A DNA stretch of 64,000 nt from Octopus sinensis (GCF_006345805.1 NC_043006.1:59830001-59894000); one strand, 5' to 3'. Numbered from the stretch's first letter, positions 12,641-24,470 are shown. The notes: generated by a model from the sequence alone, not told the origin. Numbers and translations are program-made.

Positions 12641-12813
12641 CTGGTCAGGTTATATAGGGTATCAGCAAAGCCAAGCACTACTGTACGTATATTAGAATTG
12701 GGTAAATTCAGTTCCTGTAATTCGTTGTTTACTGAACCAAAACGTTCAGTGATCAAATCCAGAGTGAGACATCCTCCAAAAAGGTCCTTTGCAGCAGACA
12801 CCTGTGATGATTC
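12641..12813 (-). CDS. LRRC9: LRRC9-like exon 19 (173 nt, phase 0-2)
   Basis: tgttag|GAA...AG|gtgacc; ESSQVSAAKDLFGGCLTLDLITERFG..LQELNLPNSNIRTV resembles LRRC9 SAKDLFGGRLTSDMIAER. Confidence 0.92.
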
Positions 12814-13507
12814 CTAACAAGGAATAAGAAAGAAAAAAAGTTTAACAAAAAAAACCAACAACAACAAATGAACAGTTAAATTATTGTTTGGTGTAACATT
12901 TACAGTGATATGATTGGCTAATGTTGTTTAGTAAACCACCATGACAACAATGACCACTACCACCACCACCACTTTTGAATTTAATTATAGCCATGAAACG
13001 TACATAGTTTTTTCACTTATTATATATTGATTATTCATTTTTATACTTTTTGTGATCTAGTTATATATTTTATAAAAAAATATTTTATTTGTTATTTATG
13101 TTTTGGTTTATGTCTATCATTGTTTGAATTGCATAATAGTGGTTTTATCTCTAATTTATATTATATATATATATACACAGACACCATTATCATCATATAA
13201 TGTCCATTTTCCATGCTGAGATGGGTTTGACATATATGTATATATATGTATATATATATATATATATATATGCATATAAGTTGAAAGGTATAATGAATAA
13301 ATGCTCTAATTGGCCAAAACAACTTTATACGATTCCTATATTATCATAAATCGAATATAAATATATATCAAAACATCAGGGCACCCAATGGTAAAACCCA
13401 ATAGTATAAAATATACACATATATAATGAATTATCCTTCGGTTTAATGAAATTACTTTTCGGTTTAACGAAGTTATATAATTATCCTCATACACACACAC
13501 ACACACC

Positions 13508-15369
13508 TAGGATGACATGGTGGTGGAATAATGTAGTTGACAGGGCCATTAGAGCAAAGAAACAGGTTCGGAAGGACTAGATGGGTGGTGGTAGCATGGA
13601 GCTATATCAGACAGCTAGAAGGGAAGCTAGGAAGCAGGTATACTTAGCCAGGGATGAAGCAGAAAGGAAGAAGTTTGCCAATGTTTTGCAGTGTGAGTAC
13701 CAGTGGCTTGAAGTGCTTTGGTTTGCAAGACAGTGTGCCAGGGAAAAATGGCATGTAGGAGAGAAGTGTATTTGCATGGATGATGGTTCACTTGCAGTTA
13801 GTGACTCTGCAAAGAAACAGGCCTGGAGGTGCCACTATGGAAGGCTACTAAATGTAGAGAACTCATGGGAGAATGAGAGTTTGCTTACTGTGGATCCAAC
13901 AGAGGGATCAGCAATCTGAATAGACAGTGGCATTGTAGACAAAGCCATACAGGATATGAAGATGGGGAAAACCCCCAAACCATTAGGAATAACTGCTGAG
14001 ATGTTTAAAATATCTGGCTATGTAAGTTATGGTTTAGTCACCTGTATAGTTAATCAGTGGTACACAAAAGAGTCACACCTAATGACTGGTGTAGTTGCAT
14101 CATAGTCAACTGCTACAAAGATAAAGGTGATGCCTTAGATAGAAATAACTACATAGGCATCAAATTGTTGGATCAGGTGATGAAAGTCATGGAGAGGATC
14201 ATAGCTCAACTAATTAGGGAGAGAGTAGTCTAGGCGAGATGCAGTTTTGTGCCAGGCAAAAGCACCACTGATGCTATATTTCTGGTAAGGCAGCTGCAGG
14301 AGAAGTACCAAACCAAAGATAAGCCTCTGTACTTGGCTTTTGTTGAAATGGAGAAAGCCTTTGACAGAGATCCTGATCTCTTATCTGGTGGTCAATGAAG
14401 AAACTAGGGATAGACGAGTGGTTGGTGAGAGCCGTACAAGCCATGTACAGGGATGCAGTCAGTAAGGTGAGGGTTGGCAATGTGTATAGTGATGAATTCT
14501 GGGTACACATAGGGGTTCACCAAAGATCAGTCCTCAGCTCCCTCTTGTTCATCACTGTTCTCCAGGCAATAATAGAGGAATTTAAGATGGGCTGACCCTG
14601 GGAGCTCCTCTATGCTGATGATCTTGTTCTTATGGCTGTATCACTAGAGAAGAAATTTCAGGTGTGGAAGCAAGGTCTAGAATTGAAGGGCCTTAGAATT
14701 AACCTAGCAAACACCAAAGTCTTAGTAAGCAAGAAAGCAGACAAATCACAAATGTCTTCTGGAAGATGGCTCTGCTTAATCTGTAGGAAAGGAATAGAAA
14801 TAATTTCCATAAGATGTGTAAAGAAGTGCCAATCTCTAATTGTGGAGGGAACCTGTGAAAGAGGTGGACCCAGGACGATGAGGGACGAAGTGGTGAAGCA
14901 TGATCTTTGAATGTTGGGCCTCACAGAGGCAATGACTAGTGACCAAGACCTTTGGCGAAGACCTCTCAAGCCAAGTGAAATTGTAGTTGTGGCTGATGCT
15001 GGTGTCATGTAACTAGCACCTCTGCCAGTGGCTCACAAAAAGCACCTTTTGAGCATTGGGCCTCACGGACGCAATGACAAACGGTTGAGACCTTTAGCAA
15101 TATGCTGTGCTTGAGTAGAAGACTCACTGAACCATGTGAAATCATAGTTGTGGCAGATACTAGTGTCATGCCACTGGCACCCATGCCAGTGTCATGGAAA
15201 ATCAGCTGTTACCATCTCTGGTTGGTCGGCATTAGGAAGCGCATCCAGCCATAGAAACCATGCCAAATCACATTAGAACCTGATGCATCTCTCCAGCTAA
15301 TCAGTTCCAGTCAAATTGTCTAACCCATGCCAGCATGGAAAATGGGTGTTAAATGATGATGGTGATGAT

Positions 15370-15370
<1 letters not shown>
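13508..15370 (+). mobile_element. 5'-truncated RTE LINE with an internal deletion
   Basis: LYQTARREARKQVYLAR.., MKKLGIDEWLVRAVQ.., intact ctcctctatgctgatg (YADD), 3' UTR repeats and (GAT)n tail. Confidence 0.9.
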
Positions 15371-15402
<32 letters not shown>

Positions 15403-15699
15403 TCATAATCATTATCATTCAACACCCATTTTCCATGTATATATATATATATATTTATACATACACACACAAACATAAACATATATATATATATCATACA
15501 TACACACATTTTTCTATATAAGCATTTGTATATATATACACCATGCTTGTGCTTTCACATGTACATTTTTATATATTTTGGGGTAGAATTCTCCCTGGCT
15601 GGCTCCTGTCAACCATTCTACCTATGCATGCATGGAAGATAGGACATTAAAAGATGATGATGATGACACCCCCCACACCCACTGAGATATAATTATACA

Positions 15700-16328
15700 T
15701 ATATTGTGCTGTGCGCGAGAAGACCCGGCAGGACAAGTGAGTCCATAACCCGTGGCCTTCTACATGGGATGGAGCCAGCCTACGTATGCATACCTTCCCT
15801 TCTTGGGACACAAAACTCTACTTGTGAAGACCTGTTGAGGCAAGTGAGGATCAGAATCAAAATCAATCAATGGAAATTGCAGATGTGTTACCAGTGCCGG
15901 TGGCATGTCGAAACTCTACTTGTGAAGACCTGTTGAGGCAAGTGAGGATCAGAATCGAAATCGATCAATGGAAACTGCAGATGTGTTACCAGTGCCGGTG
16001 GCATGTAAGAGAACCTTCCGTTTCACGACCGTTGCCAGCACCGCCCCGTTTCGTGTCCGTTGCCAGCCTCGCCTGGCCCTCGTGCCGGTGGCACATAAAA
16101 AGCACCATCCGTTCGTGGCCGTTTGCCAGCTCTGTCTGGCACCTGTGCGGGTGGCACGTAAAAAGCACCCACTACACTCTCGGAGTGGTTGGCGTTAGGA
16201 AGGGCATCCAGCCGTAGAAACACTGCCAGATTTGACTGGGCCTGATGAAGCCTTCTGGCTTCACAGACCCCAGTAGAACCGTCCAACCCATGCTAGCATG
16301 GAAAACGGACGCTAAACGATGATGATGA
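15700..16328 (+). mobile_element. young RTE 3' end with a tandem duplication of about 97 bp
   Basis: starts at ORF end (gagaagacccggcaggacaagtga); aaactctacttgtgaagacc..gccggtggcatgt present twice; hairpin array; (GAT)n tail. Confidence 0.85.
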
Positions 16329-16344
16329 TACACACACATATATA

Positions 16345-17219
16345 TACATGGTCTGACCAATAACTATCCAGACCGTTACCATAGTAATGAAGCTAATGCA
16401 TGCAGAGTGAAGCCACTTGGCACAGATTGACCTTGAACTCTGCCGTGCCTGCGCACTAAGTTTTAAAGTTCTAGCTTACTTCCAGTGTTTACAGCAGTGC
16501 TTGGAAGGAAGGTGTGTAGTGTGTGATTGTTGCTTTGACCACAACAAAGTTGAGCAGAGAATCTGCATCAAATTTTGGCAATACCTGCTCAGAGGCCCGT
16601 GCAAAGTTTTCAAAAAGATTTTGTTCTTGACACAATCAAAGAGATCTTGCGCACCTTGAAACTCGAATGTCATTTTGATCAGCTGAAAGCAGTCTTGGCA
16701 CAAACTTGACAGACACGCATCTCGTAAATGGACTGAACTGAACTGTAATGAATCTGCACAGCCTCTGATAACTCATGGACGGTGATTCAGAGATTTCTCC
16801 TCCCAGCAGCATGCACATCTGCTGGTTGCAAGCCTCCCAGAACGTTTGTCACTATTAACATTTTTTGGGCCATCTTGGAAACATCTGGACCAATCGTACA
16901 CTTGTGTGCAGCTCATACACTCCTCTCTACACACTTTCTGTGACTTTATGTAGGCCTCTGAGCAGGTATTGCCATGACAGCCTTCTCTGTCATGGTCAAT
17001 GTGATGATCACATGCTACACACCTTCCTTACAAGTACTGTTGTAAACAGCAAAAGTTTAGAATGTTAAAATATCCATTGTTCCATGGTAGCATGGGTTTT
17101 TCCTCCCAGCAGCATGTACATCAGAGTCCAAGGTCATTCTTTGCCAAGCGGCTTCATTTCGCATGCTTTGGCTTTGTTACTATGGCAACAGTCTAGATAC
17201 TTATTGATCCGACCTTGTA
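16345..17219. mobile_element. mariner-derived element made of two inverted 5' ends
   Basis: TA-flanked imperfect 27-bp TIRs; transposase N-terminal relics EQRICIKF (+) and KFVPRLLSADQ, AQDLFDCV (-). Confidence 0.75.
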
Positions 17220-17229
17220 TATATATATA

Positions 17230-17261
<32 letters not shown>

Positions 17262-17695
17262 CAGAGACGTGCCACCTAGGTAGGCAAGGTAGTCAGTGCC
17301 TACCTTGAATAAAATAGATCAATAGCAGCATTTTCCTTTTATGGCAAAATATGCATATAATTCAATAAAATCATGAAGGATGCTCTGATTACTATGCATA
17401 AAATGTAAAATATTTGATTTTTTTGTAGATTAAGTAGACATAATTCACACCTGCTTTTCAATCTCAGTATTTAAGCTATACATAGTACTGCTGTAGTACA
17501 TGTGCTGCATACATTCCTACAACAATGTTTTCTTTATGTGCTATAAAGGCAGAAGTGAATCTGCCTCCGACTCAGTCGCAGGCCTATATTTGACTTATTT
17601 TTTGTGTGTTATCCTACATAAGGTTTACCAACTGCCTACTGTGAGTAATTACAGGCAGCACATGCCTGATATATAATATATGTATATATATATAT

Positions 17696-18130
17696 ATTAC
17701 GGAGATGTACTTGCATAGCAAGTGATTTGATCTGAGATCGTGTGCTGAAACGAAAACAATTGCAGCGTGGAAGGTGTTTGTAAGCCATTTAACCCTTTAG
17801 TGTTCAGATTACTCTGTTAAATGTAAGACTTTTTTCACTCAAATCGTTTTTGAATTAATCATACATTATCTTATAGCTTTGAAGTTTCAATGGTATGATA
17901 GTTTATTCTTAGAATGTCAATGTAGGTTAGGTGTGAGAGGCTAAATATGGCCAGTTTGAATGTAAAAACATGTAGGATATTTGGGCCGGATATGGCTGGC
18001 TTAAACACCAAAGGGTTAAGAAACACACAAAAGCCGTTCATTCACTTCAACATTTAAGTTTAATTTGTCAAAATATTTTCGGCGCTTTAAGATGCTACCT
18101 GTCCACTGACAAAAATTCGTGCTGCATCTG
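17696..18130 (+). mobile_element. unclassified repeat of about 200 bp interrupted by a TTAA MITE (17789-18019)
   Basis: uninterrupted inverted copies at 44676-44883 and about 47640-47880; MITE bounded by TTAA|CCC...GGG|TTAA. Confidence 0.75.
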
Positions 18131-18176
<46 letters not shown>

Positions 18177-19029
18177 TTATCTTTTATTAAACTTTTAATA
18201 CTTTTGATATATATTTAAAATAATATAAATTAATTAATTTTATGTATTGGCTTGTTTTTCATTGTTTGATTTGCCTAATAGTGGTTTTATCTCTAATTTA
18301 ATATAATATAATATAATATGGTGGTTCTATTGAGGAGAGTAGTGACAAAAAAAAAAAAAAAAAATGCGCAACTCCATTGTCTCCCGAGACAGAAAGGATG
18401 CCAAACAATATAATATATTTATACTATAAAATTGGATTTAATCCTAAATCTGATTTTTCCCTGTAAGTTTGGATTTATTCCCTAATATTTTATATATATA
18501 TATATATATATATCTTTATATATATATACACACACGTGTGCACTCACACATGCCCACATAGCCAGCCATACATACACACACGCAGCCTTGCATCTTTATA
18601 GTTATATAAAATATAAAGATTATATAAAATGCAAGAGATATAAATAATATGACATCAAGCAATAATATAAATACAAAAAAAAACTTAAATTCTAAATTAC
18701 CTGGGTCATAATAAAATATGCATTATCATACTCAAATAATAGGTATGAGTGCACTTTTTGCTGCACAGAATAAGAGGAAATTCTTAAAAGTCCAGGTAAT
18801 ATCCTTAATAAGTTCCATGAACTTATGAGAATGGAATGCTTATATAGCCTTAGAAACATTTTTTTAGGAAGGCATACCTTTCAGACAACTTTCTATAACA
18901 TTTTTTCATCCATATCCTCTAATGTAGCTAAACAGAGGCATTGTAGTAGTCCACTACATCTTTATTCCATAAATAGTGAAATATATGATAGTCCAGTATA
19001 TAGTTTCGAAACTCTATGTCTGTGATTTA

Positions 19030-19600
19030 TTAGGATCTTTGTCTTGCAAGTTACTTGGTGACCCTACCAGTGTTGGTGCCAAGCAAAAAACATCCAGTCC
19101 ACAATGTAAAGTGTTTGGCATTTGGAAGGGCATCCGGCTGCAAAAATCATGCCAAACTGACTTCACCTGTGCTTGTGTCACATAAAAAACACTCGGCCCA
19201 TGCTACTGGGTGGTGGGTAACAGGAAGGGCATCCAGCTATAAAAACCATGCCAAAACAGACACAGAAGTCTGGTGCAGTCTTCTACCTAACCAGCTCCTG
19301 TCAAACTCTCTAACCTGTGCCAGGTTGGGTGGAAGGCAGACGTTAAACAATGATGATGATGATGATAATCCTTCAGTTAATGCTTGATTTCAATCATTTG
19401 GATTAGATCTCTTTATATTTTAGATAACTATAAAGATCATCATCATTATCATTGTTTAACGTCTGCTTTCGATGCTAGCATGGGTTGGCAAACCAGATGG
19501 CTGCACCAGACTCCAATCTGATCTGGCAGAGTTTCTACAGCTGGATGCCCTTCCTTATGCTAACCACTCCAAGAGTGTAGTGGATGCTTTTACGTACTCT
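19030..19600. mobile_element. two RTE 3' ends, tail to tail (+ 19030-19367; - 19437-19600)
   Basis: ggaagggcatccagct and the (GAT)n tail on opposite strands. Confidence 0.75.
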
Positions 19601-19950
19601 GGCTATATGTGTGTATGTGTGCTTGTATGTGTATATATATGTGTGCATGTGTATGTGCATGTGTGTGTGTGCATGCTTGTGTGTGTATGTATGTGTGTAT
19701 CGATAAGTACGAATTTGGTGTGAATGCATATGCATGATGTGTAAATATATGAATGCTTATATAGAGAAATATAAAAGTAGATATGTATATATATGTGTGT
19801 ATGTATGTAAGTACGTATGTATATATGTATGTATGTATGTGTATGTGTATATATATATATATAATAACAAAATAATAAATAAAACATATGCATATATACA
19901 TACATATATGTATATATGTACCTACATCTATATGTATATATACATGCATA
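19600..19950. repeat. (TG)/(TA)/(TATG) microsatellite mosaic
   Basis: visible low-complexity tract. Confidence 0.9.
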
Positions 19951-20139
19951 TATGGGTACAGGACACCCAAAAAATGTCGAACTGAATGAGAAACGAAAAC
20001 ATAAAAACAAAACCAAGGAAATGGACATTTTTCTTAAACAACGAAAAAATAGAGTACAAGACATACATCACAAGGAACATTCCCCTTCTTCAGCCATATA
20101 TATATATATATATATTTATTTATGTTTATGAATTTGTTT

Positions 20140-21235
20140 TGCAAGATTGCTGATGTGAAATCATGTGTTGAAACAGATATTGTTGTATTTCAGGATGGTC
20201 TTTATTTTTCTTGCCAAATAAACAGATGCACTACATATTTGTTCTTCACTTCAGATTTATTTAAAAAATTTTATTATTGTTCTTATTTTATGTCTTATGT
20301 CTGGGAATCTTTCGTCACACGTCCTGTAACCTCTTCAGCAACTCTCCATCCCATGTGTTGCTCTCGGTCTGTTTAGTTCACAGAAAAAAAAAAAAAAAGA
20401 AAAGAAAAAAAGAATCTGAAGTGAAGAATGAATATATACTGCATGTGTTTATTTGGAAAAAAAAAAAAAGACCATCCTGAAATATAACAATAAATATATA
20501 TATATATATAATATATATGTATATGGGTACAGGACGTCACAAAACGTAAACAACTGGAAATACGAAAACCACATGAATTATAAAACACAAAGGCAAACTC
20601 GGGTATGCAAACAAAGAGATAAACAAATGGAAAACAAGACAAGTAACATAACGAACAACCCTTCATCAGTTGTCAGCTGTTCTTCTACTCCTGCTTGAAA
20701 TGTAGAGTAACTGAACAGCCGACAACTGATGAAGGGTCCCTCTTTAGGTTACTTGTCTTGTTTTCCATTTTTTTCTCGTTCTTAGCATACCCAAGTTTTC
20801 CTTCGTATTTCATGTTGTTTCCGTATTTCATAATTCATATCGTTTTCGTATTTCATGTTGTTTACATTTTGTCATGTTCTGTACCCATATATGCATATAT
20901 ATATATATATAAATATACTGTTGTGTCTGGGGAGAGTCATTTTCTTTTTGTTACTTATAATTTAACACACTCACCGGTAAAATTTCCATTTATTTTTATT
21001 TTCCTAAAATTTTCGTTGCGTCTTGCAACCTTTTCAAGAGTCAAGACTATTGAAAAGGTTGCAAGATGCAATGAAAATTTTAGGAAAATAAAAATAAGAA
21101 ATAAGTGGAAATTTTATCGGTGAGTGTGTTAAATTATAAGGCACAAAAAGAAAATGACTCTCCCCAGACACAACAGAATATGCTTCAACACACGAACTCA
21201 TATAAAGAATCTTGCAAACCAAATCCAAAAACGAA
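20140..21235. mobile_element. three consecutive (TA)n-embedded foldback elements
   Basis: inverted arms about 20180-20260/20410-20490, 20521-20690/20700-20890 and 20918-21040/21050-21178. Confidence 0.7.
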
Positions 21236-21284
21236 ATATATATATATACATATATATGTAAGTATGTACATATATATGTATATA

Positions 21285-21324
<40 letters not shown>

Positions 21325-21438
21325 AGTATGTACATATATATGTATATATGCATAATATATATATATATATACATATATATGTAAGTATGTACATATATAT
21401 GTATATATGCATATATGCATATATATTATATATATATA

Positions 21439-21484
<46 letters not shown>

Positions 21485-21540
21485 TATGTAAGTATGTACA
21501 TATATATATGCATATATGCATATATATATATATATAATAC
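21236..21540. repeat. (TA)n-rich microsatellite with a recurring TATATATGTAAGTATGTACA unit
   Basis: visible tract; source of the spurious YI-rich ORFs. Confidence 0.9.
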
Positions 21541-21620
21541 AAATAAGAAAATGGAAAAACAATTTAGTTGGTTCATCAGCTTTAGGATATTAGAAAAATG
21601 AGAACCTTAATAACATACAT

Positions 21621-24275
21621 ATCATCATCATCATCATTTAGTGTCCGTTTTCCATGCTAGCATGGGTTGGACGGTTCTACTGGGGTCTGTGAAGCCGGAA
21701 GGCTTCATCAGGCCCAGTCAGATCTGGCAGTGTTTCTACGGCTGGATGCCCTTCCTAATGCCAACCACTCCGTGAGTGTAGTGGGTGCTTTTTACGTGCC
21801 ACCTGCACAGGTGCTAGACAGAGCTGGCAAACGGCCACGAACGGATGGTGCTTTTACGTGCCACAGGCACGAGGGCCAGGCGAGGTTGGCAATGGACACG
21901 AACGGATGGTGCTTTTACGTGCCACCGGCACGCCAGACGGGGCGGCGCCGACAACGACCACGATCGGATGGTTCGCTTAACCACAGCTGCAATTTCCACT
22001 GATGTTGATCGACCTCAATTTTGGTTCTGCTTTCTGATATCTGATTTGATTTGGTTTGATTTTGATTTTGATTTTGACTGTTCTCACTGGTCTTGCCGGG
22101 TCTTCTCACGCACAGCATACTTCCATAGGTCTCGGTCTCTAGTCATTTCCTTGGTGAGACCTAAAGTTCGAAGGTCATGCTTCACCACCTCGTCCCAGGT
22201 TTTCCTGGGTCTACCTCTTCCACAGGTTCCCTCAACTGCTAGGGTGTGGCACTTTTGCACACAACTATCTTCACCCATTCTCGTCACATGCCCATACCAG
22301 CGCAGACGTCTCTCTTGCACACCACAACTGATGCTTCTTAGGTCCAACTTTTCTCTCAAGGTACTTACACTCTGTCGATTATGAACACTGACATTACACA
22401 TCCATCGGAGCATACTGGCTTCATTTCTTGCGAGCTTACGCATATCCTCAGCAGTCACAGCCCATGTTTCACTACCATGTAGCATGGCTGTACGTACACA
22501 TGCATCATACAGTCCGCCTTTTACTCTGAGCGAGAGGCCTTTTGTCACCAGTAGGGGTAAGAGCTCTCTAAACTTTGCCCAGGCTATTCTTACTCTAGCA
22601 GTTACACTTTCAGCACCCCCAGCCTCGCTACTGACTTGGTCACCTAGGTAGCGGAAGCTATCAACTACTTCTAGTTTTTCTCCCTGGAACGTGGTAGAAG
22701 TTGGTCTCTGCACATTTTCAGTGTTTATTGCTCCTGAGCATCTGCCACAGACAAAAACTATTTTCCTAGTTAGCCTTCCTTTGACATTGCTGCACCTCTT
22801 ATGTGTCCATAGCTTGCACTTGGTGCACCTTATAGAGTTTCTACCTCCACCTTTTTTACAGATCGAGCAGGGCCATCTACCTGAAGGCGTTTGTGACTTG
22901 TCTACTTTCCTACTTATTAGGACTTTGGTTTTGGCTAGGTTGATTCTAAGGCCCTTCGATTCTAAACCTTGCTTCCACACCTGAAACTTCTCCTCCAGTT
23001 CTGATAGTGACTCAGCAATTAGAGCAAGGTCATCAGCTCCCAGGGGCATCCTGTCTTGAATTCCTCCGTTATTGCCTGGAGGACTATGATAAATAGGAGG
23101 GGACTGAGGACTGAACCTTGGTGGACCCCAACCTCTACCTGGAATTCTTCACTGTACTCGTTGCCAACCCTCACCTTACTAGCAGCGTCTCTGTACATGG
23201 CTCGCACAGCTCTCACTAACCATTCATCTATCCCTAGTTTCCTCATTGACCACCAGATAAGGGATCGGGGGACCCTGTCGAAGGCTTTCTCCATGTCAAC
23301 AAAAGCCAGGTACAGGGGCTTATCTTTGGCTAGGTATTTCTCCTGCAGCTGTCTTACCAGGAATATAGCATCAGTAGTACTTTTCCCTGGCACGAACCCA
23401 AACTGCATCTCATCTAAGCTAATTCTCTCTCTAATTAGTTGGGCTATAACCCTCTCCGTAACCTTCATTACCTGATCCAGCAGCTTGATACCTCTGTAGT
23501 TATTTGTATCTAGGGTGTCACCTTTACCTTTGTAGCAGTTGACTATTATGCTGCTACACCAGTCATTGGGTATGACTCCTTCGTGTATCACCTGGTTAAC
23601 TATACGGGTGACTAGGCTATAGCCGACACTACCAGATATTTTGAGCATCTCTGCAGTAATACCTGATGGGCCTGGGGCTTTCCCTGTTTTCATGCTTGTA
23701 ATTGCCTTAACTACTAAGGAACTGTCAACTCGGATTGCTGGTCCCTCTGTTGGGTCGACATTCGGCAGACTCTCTTTATCCCATTCATTTTCCTCATTCA
23801 GCAACCTTTCATAGTGGCATCTCCAAACCTCTCTCTTTGCATCCTCATTTAGCGCAAGTGAACCGTCATCCTTGCGAACACATTTCTCTCCTACCACGTC
23901 ACGATTCTCTCTCACACACTGTCTTGCAACACGAAATACCTCAAGTCTTTCATCCTCCCGGCGCAGGACATTGGCAAATTTTTTCTTATCTGCTTCCCCT
24001 CTGGCTAAATACACCTGCCTCCTAGCTTCCCTTCTGGCAGTCTGATACACTTCCCTGCTACCACCGTTCTTCCAGTCCTTCCAAGCCTGTTTCTTTTGTC
24101 TAATAGCCCTGTCAACAATATTGTTCCACCACGACGTTATTTTGGGTCTTGAGGGGACTTTGCACCAGCCACAGATCTGGTCAGTGGCTTTCAGCAGGTT
24201 GTCCCTTAGAAGCGTCCAGTTGTCTTCTACCCCATGTGTAGCTATACCCCCTTCTATTTCGTCAAAGGCTTCTAT
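21621..24275 (-). mobile_element. young 5'-truncated RTE LINE (RT ORF, 3' UTR, (GAT)n tail)
   Basis: RT motifs NYRGIKLL, QFGFVPGKST, AFVDMEKAFDRV, VGVHQGSVLSPLLF, FRYLG, RLRWYGHV; one 10-bp frameshifting deletion at the YADD motif. Confidence 0.95.
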
Positions 24276-24342
24276 AATTCAATACATATGAGATAAGAAT
24301 ACAATTATAAAATCTTAATATAAATTATTGAAATCATTAAAA

Positions 24343-24470
24343 TCATTCTTACAGCTGTTTCAGCCTATGGAAAAAAGTAGTTTTTCAGTGCCTATAGTTG
24401 TCAATTATATTTAGGTTGTAGGCATTTAAAAATGGGGTACTTATATATAACCATAGGCCTCGTCAGAGAT
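24343..24470 (-). ncRNA. type I minimal hammerhead ribozyme with intact core and long stem II
   Basis: UCU-CUGACGA (24466-24460), 9-bp stem II GGCCUAUGG/CCAUAGGCU, GAAA (24361-24358), palindromic stem III ACAGCUGU, GUA site, then AGA. Confidence 0.8.

Noticed and set aside
15990-16180. CRISPR-like array of palindromic repeats with spacers (also 21780-21950, 43240-43460)
   Set aside because: The spacers are homologous to each other, there are no cas genes, the host is a eukaryote, and the array is the RTE 3' UTR.
16236-16270. CUGAUGA-AGCC-uucu-GGCU in the RTE 3' UTR as a hammerhead
   Set aside because: It is followed by UCAC, not GAAA; CUG(A)UGAAGCC pairs with GGCUUCACAG as a simple hairpin.
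17499-17664. Intronic snoRNA suggested by a 10-bp terminal stem (CATGTGCTGC/GCAGCACATG) with inner hairpins
   Set aside because: No C/D or H/ACA boxes at the expected positions; left unassigned.
20295-20360. Minus-strand CUGAAGA-G-GUUAC/GUGAC-GAAA hammerhead-like core in a foldback centre
   Set aside because: Neither a type I nor a type III closure gives a UH site together with a paired stem I and stem III; at best a relic.
20660-20740. CUGAUGAAGGG motifs in the foldback arms
   Set aside because: No matching stem II 3' strand or GAAA downstream.
21605-24295. Target-site duplication for the large RTE copy
   Set aside because: The flanks share only ATACATAT and not at matching offsets, so a TSD could not be confirmed.
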